Positions 15,001 to 25,725 of a stretch of DNA of 64,000 nucleotides are shown here, piece after piece. Below the pieces are notes generated by a model that worked only from the letters and a program-made list of their open reading frames with translations, had not been told where the DNA came from and ran no database searches. A program made the translations under genes and the position numbers. The first letter of the stretch is position 1. Every line of letters begins with the position of its first letter. The DNA lies in assembly GCA_973851085.1 (NCBI GenBank), contig OZ316775.1, positions 10,354,001-10,418,000 of the forward strand, given 5' to 3'. Source of the DNA: Ptychomitrium polyphyllum. Taxonomy: Eukaryota.

Positions 15001-15367
15001 AAATGATGTATCAGCCACCACAAGTAATCGCAGACTTTGAAACCCTTTATCTAGTCCTGAAATATCAGAGTTGTTTACAGATCTAGCTGTGATCTGCAGA
15101 ATACTGTACATCTGGCTCCACATGTGAACATTGATAGGTTCATACACGAATTTTGAATGTTGATCTGATGTTATTTCAAGTCTTGCAATGCTCGTCTTGT
15201 ATTATCGCGTTATAATCACAGGCTTAAATGTATTGGTTTCTGGGCTTTTGATGTATTAAATATCGGTACAGTCTCATGACTTTTGTTCCAAATTTGTAGT
15301 TTGACCTCTCACGTTTTTGTTCTTCCAGGCTGGCTTTGCGCCCGAGCAGCAACAGCAGATGCAGTGA
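12013..15367 (+). CDS. NF-YC: Nuclear factor Y subunit C (histone-fold CCAAT-binding factor) with Gln-rich termini, 8 exons
   Basis: Exons 12013-12129, 12937-12963, 13129-13219, 13780-13847 ([23 protein letters not shown]), 14082-14276 ([43 protein letters not shown]...[10 protein letters not shown]), 14550-14666, 14961-15023, 15329-15367. All junctions are GT-AG and in frame. Confidence 0.96.
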
Positions 15368-15983
15368 CCGCTAGAGAATGGAAGTAACTTCTTCGGGCAC
15401 TTGAGAGCCTAGTGAAGGGCTCTCGCATCATATGGGTGTCACCCGTCGTATTGGTGCTGTCAACTGTCATTATATGGCAGAAGTCACGGCAAGTATCCTT
15501 GTCATAAGAGCACTTTTGTGTTGGTATGTGACTTCATTTTCAGGAGCTTGGACATCTAAGTTGTGGACAGTGATGCAGTGATTCTTAGGGCCACTCATTC
15601 AAGCAGAGGTTTTTAGTTGGTTCGTAACACATCCTGGGCAGTTGAGGCCCTTCATGGATATGCAAATTTTGTGAATATGGAGATTCAATGAGGCTTACTG
15701 TCTGCATTTGCATGGAACTCCTTTTAAAGTTAAAGTTTAGGTACAAGGTAAAGGTATCCCTTATTAGCGATATTTTTTCTTTTTCTCAGTTTCCCTCCTT
15801 CAGACTTCTGTATCAGTAGTCCTTTTGGCTCCCAATTTGCAGTCTTGTTGAGAACAGTATTTGACCTGATTCAGTCATATAATAAAGCTATGTTTAAAAC
15901 GACACTCTTTAGCTCCTTTGGTTAGCATTCGTTGCATATTTCTTTACTGAAATAACAAAGTAGTAGGTCGTTTAACTAAGGCG

Positions 15984-16055
15984 TCTCTAGCCGGGATTAG
16001 AACCTGGGTCGCTCGGGCGAGCCGGGTAATTCTATCTATCTGGACTATGATGAAG
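15984..16055 (-). pseudogene. Degenerate tRNA-Glu-like sequence (tRNA pseudogene or SINE head)
   Basis: Minus strand reads ttcatcatagtccagatagatagaattacccggctcgcccgagcgacccaggttctaatcccggc. This resembles plant tRNA-Glu (gtagtctag...ctcggctctcacccgagagacccgggttc...cccggc), but the anticodon loop is deleted and the acceptor stem is broken. Confidence 0.6.
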
Positions 16056-16335
16056 GGGGCTCAGTTACCAGATAATACAGCAGTTCAAACAAAGGCTATT
16101 TGAAGAATTTTCTTAGATGACCTAGGAAGAATCAAAGCAATTACTCAACTCCTCAAAGAGCTGAAAATCGCAGGGGTTCTTCTGTGGGATGCTTATTTTA
16201 TGAGAAATTCAGTTGGAGAAGAGAGAGGGCTTATCTGCTATGGTTATGATCACCCTTGACTTTTGTAACTTTTATCAAGCCAAATGCATTCACGGTTATC
16301 TAGTGACTCCACAACATCTTCATACAACTATTTCG

Positions 16336-19047
16336 TTACGATACAACAAAGGTGTATCCGCTTCCACAGTAGACCCTATGATTCACTTTGCAAGTGCTGG
16401 ATACCTGATTCCTTGCAAGTGATAGAATGTGAGGAACCTCTTGATCTTCAAGTGAGCCAAGGCCAAGCTGCCCATGCTCAGCCCACCCCCACATTATCAC
16501 TTTCCCATCCTCTGCAATCCCACCAAAACATAAATATCAATAATCACAATGTTTTGTTAATCTATGACTTGGTCTCGATTGCTAAGTTAATTCTGTCATG
16601 TTGTAATGCAAAAATGTAAGTGAAACGACTATGAGCAACCATATCGAATGTTCACATACCAAGAACAGCAGCAGAGTGCTCTGATCCAGCTGAGATCCAT
16701 ACAGCTCCCGCTCCTTGTGTTTCCACTTTCTGAAAATCTACACTTAAAACTCGCTTCTGTGCTTCTCCAGTCTCATCGACTTGCTCCTCATCCTGTTCCT
16801 TCATATGTTGATTAGCTGCACTCTCCTGTGTTCTTGCTTCAGAAGTACGAGAAGCTTGCGATATTCCTAACTGTCCACAGCGATTATTACCCCATGCAAA
16901 GATTTCTTTGTTTTCTGTACAAGGACAAGGAAACACTTCCTTAGAAACTGCTGTCTCTACTTACTAGTCAATATTCTACTAAAGATGTTTTGTACATGCG
17001 TGTGCGATCTCCGGAAATGAGAAGATCAAGAAGTGAGAATTGTGAAATGTAACCCAGATGCTTCGTCCCCAATTAAAAACAAGTTCTACGCCATTGTAAG
17101 AGCAGGGAGGCGTTACCTGCCAGAGCAAGACCATGGCGCCACCCAAGCGACACTTGACATATTTTTAAACCTATATGTACAAGACGAGGCTGAGAGGAAT
17201 CTAGCTCATCATTATAACCTCTGCCCCATAAAAACATTTCTCCTCTTCCTGCAATTATCCCACACCAAATGTAAGAAGTAAAAAATGGAGACCTACAGAA
17301 AAACACATAGAAAATAATGTTTGAATACCCACGTCCCAACGTCTGACACCGTCATTGTATGTCCTCTAGAAGGTACAAAGTCAATTTGAAATTTTAATAA
17401 CTAGCTCCAACAATTAGACCGCCAAGTAAAATAATAGCCTCCATCCAGTTGCAAAATTAAACGAAGCAGTACCATGCATGACATAGGAAATATGCATTCT
17501 ATTTTCAAAGAAAAAGATTGCACAAATTTGCTTAACCTACCAGTGAGTGCAGCGCTGTGATCTCCATTTGCAGATACACTCGTAACCCTATGCATGTCGA
17601 GAGAATCCACCGTCTGAGGGGATGAAATACGCCACTTATTGTTGCTCTTACTGCTATTTGTATTCACTGGAATCCCGAGCTGACCTCGCTTGTTGAATCC
17701 GAAAGCATGAACGATCGAAGCGTCTGGTGAACCTGATACACATCAACTCAGAGATTTTTCTGGCTGTTGGCAACCTTGAATTTCACTGTGCACTAAGCAG
17801 ACTCACTGCTACATGCTCTCGAGCAAGGTACATAATTCTACACATCAAGTTGCGTCACCACAATATCATATTACTAAAGGCTATTTAATGATGAGGAAAA
17901 GATCTTTACATTGAATAGTCAACCATTCAAAGTATGAAGAAAATCCTGAACAGTCCTTGACGAAGTACCTTGAGTGATGGACAGAGCAAGAGTATGCCGC
18001 ATCCCACATGCCACCATGTTGATGTATACAGACGACAGGTACTCGACGCGGCAGGGAAGCAGATGAGAATCTGCGTTTCCATGCCCAAGCTGCCCAAAAG
18101 ACCCATCCCCGCAAGTATAAAGCTCTCCCTTGTCTACATTGCACATACCTATCAGTCTAAATTTGCACGCATTTGCCCATTAAAACTTAAAAGGCTTCAA
18201 AAAGATTATACTCAATCATGTCTATAACACTCCCTTAACAGAGGTCCTCATAAAGAGGCTTAAAATTTGCAACTCTATTTTTGAAACTGGAACATCTTAC
18301 AAGTTTGAGAACTACCTGACACGAAGGCACTGTGGTTCCAGCCAGCAGCCGCACGAGTTATGCGAATACCGTGGAGCGATGAGATAAGTCTTGGCACCGT
18401 GGTCGTCGTCTCATTCCCATGCCCTAATGCCCCTGCTTGCCCTCGACCCCATGTTGCAACGTCACCAGAATCTAGCACACGCATCACAATAGTATGGCTT
18501 ACAAAACCAACGCTAAGCGCATGAACTTAAAGAGATGTTCACAAGAGAGAGGGATACCGAGAGCAAGCCGCCTTTCTCATTCGCTGCGTGGACATAACTA
18601 GTTTATGGGTATGTTGCAAACATGAATGATTTTTTGTGATAAAAATTCACGAAGCAATCTCAATGAAATCCACATTGACACACTCCTAAGACATTGAACA
18701 TACTGAAAAGATTGAGCGCTTCCTCAAAATTGTACACATTGTGCATAGATGTATTCTGAGATACATAATATGAGGAAATAGTAATGAAAAAGTTTACTCC
18801 TCATTCTAAACGCAGAACAAGTTCGAAAAAATGAGAATTTGGGGACAAGCTTGAAGATAGGAGCTGTACCAAAGACTGCGACACCATGAGCTCCCCCACA
18901 TGCCATGTCTACGACGGGTGCTGCATGAAAGAGAGCTTCCACCCGCTGCGGTGACAAGGCATCAACCAGAGTGCCGCAAGCTAGTTGCCCATGCGTCCCA
19001 GCCCCCCAGCTCCACACTTCCCTTCCTCCACATTTTTCAGTCTCCAT
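16336..19047 (-). CDS. RCC1-repeat (UVR8-like) beta-propeller protein, ~7 exons
   Basis: Repeated RCC1 motifs: VWSWGAGTHGQL...VVDMACGGAHGVAV (18870-19047), VATWGRGQAGALGHG...AAAGWNHSAF (18316-18471), LYTCGDGSFGQLGHG...VACGMRHTL, AFGFNKRGQLG...SANGDHSAAL, FLWGRG...SLGWRHGLAL, FAWGNNRCGQLG...SAGSEHSAAV. The last exon is DGKVIMWGWAEHGQLG...VYCGSGYTFVVS* (stop at 16336-16338). Confidence 0.93.
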
Positions 19048-19529
19048 GCGTGATTACTTCAGATCACTCACGAAAGCAAACGCGAGAAATTGAGTGCGTG
19101 TAGTAAGCGAATCTATGGCCTCGATTATAACATGCGACATAAAAGGCTACTTTTAGGGTTTGAAGCATGCGAACAGAAACATCAACATGATTCAGGTGCC
19201 AGTATCGTTTGACTAGGTCTATGTAATTCAATTCTTCGGTCAATCCTCAAATGCAAACTACGATAGGCAGGTCTATCGCTCACAACCACATCTGTTCTTC
19301 TAGGCAATCAGTAATCACACAACTGCTGGATTTCTGTATACACGTACTTGGACTGCAATATGTGTGCCGCCACTAGAGATGAAGAGTCCTGTATGCTAAA
19401 CACAAGCTTCACTACTTACGCATTTGGTCGTTCAGTCATAGAGACTAGAATCTCCAGAGCAACTTTATTGCTCCGCCTTTGAAAGTTGACGCTATAACCT
19501 CAAAATTCGGTATTTACTGAAACTGAAAC

Positions 19530-19693
19530 TTGGAAGTCAACTATAAAGCCGATGACGAGCAGCAATAGCAGGACGCGGTGGTCAAGGACGGCGAGGCCAC
19601 CACAGGGACGAGGATGAGCATGACTGGGTTCCAGAACGGAAGGATGCCAACGACACTGTCATAGAGAGTGATTCCAAGTATTCAGCCACAAGT
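19530..19693 (+). pseudogene. Decayed copy of exon 1 of the downstream hnRNP-like gene
   Basis: gatgacgagcagcaatagcaggacgcggtg...gggacgaggatgagca...gggttccagaacgg...tagagagtgat matches ~25786-25950 (gacgacgagcagcagcagcaggacgcggtg...gggacgaggatgagca...gggttccagaacgg...tagagagtgat). It has an in-frame TAG at 19566-19568 and indels. Confidence 0.88.
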
Positions 19694-20120
19694 TTAACAT
19701 ATACTTTCTTTCCAAAGTCCCATGTAAGTAGTACCAAAGGAGAAATTTATGACTAGCACCAAATGTCTGGCAAACGTAGAATACGATCATCCACCGACAA
19801 ACATGCTGCTGATTTATTTGGATTATTCGAACCCTTCATTGCCTCCTGTCAGATGCAGATGGTAGACCAGCAGATTGGTTAGTTTAGTTGAGCTTCCTGT
19901 GGCGTTCTCCGCTTTAACCGCCCAGAACGTCACAAGAAACCTAGTTCACTATATGGAACGGCAACTTTCTCTTGCTGCAGGACAGCTTCTGGTTTCGCAG
20001 ATGAAGGAAGCAGGTCTTCTTTTGAGGTGATATGGGTAAGGGTTTACGGAGGGAAAGGATTTGGAGATGCTGTAGTATGAAGGAAGGAGGATACTAATTG
20101 AGATGATGCTGACGAGGAGA

Positions 20121-21992
20121 ATGGACGCATGGCCACTGATGGCGTTAAGTTTGGCGATGGCGCCCTTTTACTTGCCAAACTGTCCAAAGGTGACCGCCAT
20201 GTATCCTATACAGGAGCTCAACTGGTAGGTCGACTATACGACTGTTTACACGTTAGGCGTAAAGCAACGGGTACGTCCTCCCACTAGCAATATGATTTCG
20301 CGTATTTCCCACAAGTCGCAAGTGAGCACCGCAATCACACTCGGGACTCAATTTTCTTTGTTGCCCAGGTAATCGCGATCAATGGCCAGTTTCCAGGACC
20401 CGACCTTCAAACCACCACCAACAGTGTTATCATCCTCAATCTTCACAACGGGCTTGATGAGCCGTTCCTCCTCACTTGGTACACTGCCTCCTTCTCGAAG
20501 TCTTTCCTAAATTCATAGAAACAGTTTGCATTCCGCATTCTCTATTATGACTAACTTCTTGAATAGGAAGATGAAAGGGAAACAAGAAGGAGCTTAGGTT
20601 GATTGAGATTGCAGGAATGGAATTTAGCAGCGCAGAAAAAATTGCCAAGACGATGTATTAGGCACCAATTGTCACCCCCCCGCCCGGCCAATTGTGGACT
20701 TACAAGTTCAGCGCAAAGGATCAAATCGGCAGCTTCTCCTACTTCCCTTTCACCAACTTGCACAGAACCACTGGAGGCTTCGGGAGTACTCGGGTAGACC
20801 CAAGTATTCAAGATCGCATCCCCTTTCTCACCATCAGCCGACGACTTCGCGGTTCTTATTAACGACTTATACAAGCCAGACCATGAAGTGAGTTACCCAA
20901 TGAACTTCCGGTTCCTTTCGATGTTTGAGCTGCTCAATAGATCCATTAGGAAACACCTTTAAACTCATAATTCCGTAGCAAGCCAATAGCATCTGTGGGG
21001 CTGTACCGACAGGTATTGGAAAACATACTGGATAATGGCTCCACTCTTTCTGCTAATCAATAACCATGCTCCCCTAGGCGCCATTTTCACTGTCGAGAAA
21101 GGTATCTTTGAAGTAACATCAAAATGTTTGTTTTGATAACATTCAGCTATGTATTGGATGTGCAAAACATTCGATACCGTGAACAACCAATTCTCTCTTC
21201 CATGGATTACTGCAAACCTATTACGAGAGGAATGACAGGCAAAACATACCAATTCCGCACCTCCAACATTGGTAGCTCTCAAATCCTCAACTTGAAAATT
21301 GAAGGCCACCAGCTACTCCTTGTAGAGACAGAAGCCTCATACGTAGAATCATCATATCATGACTCTCTGGATATCCATCTTGAGCAATCTTATTCAGTCC
21401 TGGTGACAATGGACCAGAGTGATCGTGACTACAACCTTGTTGCAAGCACCCGGGTTAATCACCAGTGCTAAACGGAATTGGTACCCTCCATTAAGCAGAT
21501 TCTATCTCTGCGGTCTTTAGGGAGCTTCCACCGGCACCTACAGACCCCGGCTTCTCACTCAATCAAGCCCGTAGCATCAAGTGAGAGTCCACATTCCTAA
21601 AACAGACGAGGGTTCACGATTAGGTCACAGCTTGAGAGTTTGCAGATGGCGTGGGATTGATCGCCATAGCCATATTGATGAACTGCAGGTGGGATTTGAC
21701 ATCCAATGCAGCTCAGCCTAACCCTAAGGCTCATACCACTACGGCAAATATCACCATCACCAACTCTGTGAAGTATGCAAACTCCGCACCGACTCTGTTC
21801 GGCAAACAGCGGTTTGCTATCAACAATGTCTCTTACTTCATCCCCGACACTCCTCTCAAGCTAGCTGACTACTGCCGCATCCACGTCAGGACTTCGACAC
21901 CATTCTAAAGAAGGCCCTTTCCGAGCTTTCGCAGAAATTATTTTCTAGAACGACGAAGTCACAACCCAGTTGTGGCACATTGACGGCTACTC
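20121..21992 (+). pseudogene. SKU5/SKS-like monocopper oxidase pseudogene, 3' truncated
   Basis: Exon-structured homology: MDAWPLMALSL...PIQELNW*VDYTTVYTLGVKQR / VIAINGQFPGPDLQTTTN...LDEPFLLTW / NGI*QRRKNCQDDVLGTNC [frameshift] WTYKFSAKDQIGSFSYFP / GKTYQFRTSNIG...LLLVETE...SYSVLVTMDQ / FSLNQARSI / WDLTSNAAQPNP...RFAINNVSYFIPDTPLKLADY / AEIIF*NDEVTTQLWHIDGY. It carries several stops (e.g. 20226-20228) and frameshifts. Confidence 0.9.
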
Positions 21993-24900
21993 GTCGGAAA
22001 AGACGCTTGGAACGCGACGGCAACTCCCACATACAATCTCCGAAACGCAGTCTCTCGTTCTACAACTCAGGTAACCTAAACTCTCGCTTGATCAATCTCC
22101 ATTCCCATGTTCCATGTGGTCCAACACCTCCACTACACAGCGAGCATAACCGTGAAATGACTAGTGAAATCCAGGAAAATGATCTCATGAGACACTCAGA
22201 CTTTCCATGCCAGCAAAACCATGTGAAAAGAGTAGGAAGTGATCAATTCTGTGAAGAAATGCGGACTTCTGGAGATATGATCACTAGAATGTTGCAGATG
22301 ATTGTACATTGTTGGTGTTGCTGATAAGTGATGAGGTAAGAGCAGGTATACCAAAACGCATGGACAGCAGTAGTGATGAGCTTGGGCAATCCGAGGCTAT
22401 GGAACGTCCGGTCGACGGAGGTGCAGCAGCTGTATTTGGGGCAGGAGTTGCACCTGTGAATGGAGGCCCCCCTCGAGTGCGCTGCTGTGCGGCTACGCCA
22501 AGGCGCTCCACTCGGTCGCAGGCCGGTCGCAGCCTCCGTGACGCGAGCGGCCAGACGACGCGACGCGCTACCTCGCTCGCTTCGTCGCGAGTCCGTCGTT
22601 ATTTGGATGATTCTCATTCTCGTTTCTCAGACACTAGTTACGACGGTATTCAGTCAATGCTTGTATAGTATGAATTAATATACGTCCGTGTGTTTATATC
22701 CCCATTAAACCTGAATTCGTGGATTTAGCAAGTATGGCCACTTCCCTCCTTGTCATAAGAAGTATTTATCCGGAATAATGGGATGCCAAGAGGACAGCCT
22801 GCTAAGGTGTTGAAATTACTCTGTGTAAGGGAAACGTGAGACGTAGGGAACTGAGTACAATGGAGCATGAAACTCATGTGCAAAAAGACATTTGACGACA
22901 ACATGGAATGATTAAGAGTGATCACTTTATCCAAGAGCCCCCAGACTGTCTCCTGAAAAGATGAAATTAAAAGCTTCAAATTATGAAGAGGTCTGCAGAG
23001 TCTCAGATGCATGCCATCACAGGAATACACAAGAAGTCAAACAGTCAAAGATATGGCCTGATCCAGAACTGCAGATGCACACCAAACTGTCCACTGTATA
23101 TTCCAATGTTGCAGATCGACAACAGCTGAGTTGCATCACAAAATCTTTTTGTGCCATTTTGACATTTTGACATGGGGTAAGAAATTGAAATGAAATTGGA
23201 ATTGAAATCATTCCTCACATTTATTTCATGTCATTTTCATATAGAAATGACACAAGCTAAAATGATGTCAAATTAACACTAAAATGGCATAGATTTTAGG
23301 CATCAAAGGATGTCAAACACACATCAATGTGTCATGAATTAAGACAATATCAAAGTGACATGAAAATGATACAAGTCAAAATGATAAATAATCAATGATT
23401 TTGATGTTTACTTTAACATCATTTGAACTCAAGAGACATTGATGTCATTTCGACAATATTTAAATTTATATCATTTGAATTATATATTATTTATTGATGT
23501 TATTTTGAAGCCACAAATTTTAACTCCAAGTTTGCAAATGTAATGATAGTGTTATTTGAATACAAGAATATGAAGTAACTATGTCAAAGAACATGATCAG
23601 TAATTCTTTTTCACCTTTATCATGTGGCCATGTTTTTTATGTTATTTACATGAAGCATGGATGATACTAAGTGATACCAGGAGATCCTGCAATAATACTT
23701 TTGTAATATTAACTATACATCTTTTTTAATCAAGAATTTGATAATTTTACCTTCAGATTTTTAAAAATCCTTTATTAAAAATAGCAATCATATTTTACGT
23801 GGTGCAAATTGTCAATATATAGTATAAAAATATCACTAGAAAGACATTAAGTAAAGTTACTATAATAATAGTGGCAACAAAGGCAAGTTTTAAATAATAA
23901 TTCAAGTTGGTGAAAATACAAAATGCTAAATCAGTCATTACATTACAAAAACTTCAAGCTTAATAAAAATATGAAAAAAGATAGGACAACCTTTAAATCT
24001 CAACTTCTAAAACCAACCTTAGACAAAAAGCTTGAACAAAAGAAAAATTAAGTAAGTACAAAGTAATAATAAGATATAAAAGATAAATTTAAAAATAGTA
24101 TAACAAAGAGTACAAAATAAAATGTTAGAGAAAAAAATGAAAAGCAATAATAAGCTTAAAAACAACAATTTTAATGTCAAAATAACAACTATAAAAAAAA
24201 TTATTATTCTAATATAATTTCAGTATCATATTAACGTCAAAATTAAACAAGTGAAAATGTTGCTAAAATGACAACTAACAAATTTGAATTTAAAGATAGT
24301 CAAAATATTTCAATAAAGCATCGAAAGTCACTTTAATAAAAGTTACCCTAATGCTGTTCTAATTAGATTACATCTCCTCTTAATACTAAGCTGACACCCT
24401 ATAATCAAATCCATGAAAAAAATTCATTTAAAAATCAAACATTATGTTAAAAATTACACTACAATTTTATTTGTGTGCTTAGGACAATTTTTGAACATCA
24501 AATCATCAACTAAAAAGACACACAACTAACAACTTCTACAAAACACATCCATAAAAAGACATACAATAAAAGATTCATACATCCACTTTCTATAAATTTC
24601 AAAATTCTTCATCTAAAGTACATATACAACAATATCACAACTCTACATAAACCACTAACGCAAACAAAACTCCCCTCTACACCCTCTACACCCACCAGGT
24701 TCAAACAAGAAATCGACAAAACTATTACTCCACAGTCAACCCAGAAAAAGAATGATTAAGCAGGTCCACGACGACGTCTTAAATCCAAAAAGCCCCATCA
24801 CCGTGACTATTAGACACGCCCACCCGTTCAACAGCGATGAAGCAGTGCATGGATGAAGAAGGGGTTGTCATCCATGGACAGAAACGAGAACGGCAGACGC

Positions 24901-25725
24901 TGGAAGCCCAGGGGTTCCTTTTCCCTCCCGCAAAGAAGGCTTCGCCAGGGAAGGGCAGGCAGCGTGAGTCGTGACCACCGCCGCAGGGGAGGAACTCTCG
25001 ACGCCACACCACACCAGACCAGACCAGACCAGAGCAGACCCGACCCCGGCTCGCGTATCGGCTCGCTGGGGGGCATCCGCCACGAGTGCACTCGCCCGCA
25101 CCCGGATCGACGCCCCGACGCCGCCACCGCGGCTCGCCCCTTTGGTAACTGCCCTCCCGCACCCACCCGCGTCTTGTGATGGTGCTGTGCACTGCCCGGC
25201 CTTTTCTTGTTTCCACGTTTTCTCCGTTGTGTCGGGCCCGGTCGGTCGGTCTTCCGTTCCTCGGGGGCGCCCTCTGTGCTGCCGTTGGGCGCTGGTGTTG
25301 CCCACTTCTTCGGGCGGAGGGTTCCCTGACTGTGGTGTCGTTGGAGGGAAGGTTAGGGTAGCGCCGGTTTGGCTTTCTGGGGTTGGCAGTTGGGTTGTTA
25401 GGTTTTCCCGCTTTTGCGTGGGGGTCGGTCGGTGGTGGCGGTGTGGTGGGTCGGAGAGGACGTGCGTGTGGGTGGGTTGTGACGACGGAGGCGAGGGGGT
25501 GGGGAGGAGGTGAGGCGCGCGAGTTAGGTTGCGAGGGTCGGTCGGCGTGGTTGTGCGAGTTTTGCGGGGGAGGAGGGCGGGTTCTGAGACGGTTCGGTTT
25601 GGGTGGAACAGTGGGGACCGGGAGGTGCGCGAGGCGGGCAGGCAGATAGGAGAGGGTAGACGAGGAGAGGGCGCGAAGGGGACGTCTGCGGAGGCCGCGG
25701 GCGGTGTTGGTAGCGGTGCACGGCG

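Noticed and set aside
22243..23211. GC-rich patch and exon-like fragments after the SKS pseudogene (e.g. minus-strand LSSWHPIIPDKYFL*QGGKWPYLLNPR)
   Set aside because: Possibly another gene remnant, but I could not assign a family or a consistent exon chain. It needs blastx.
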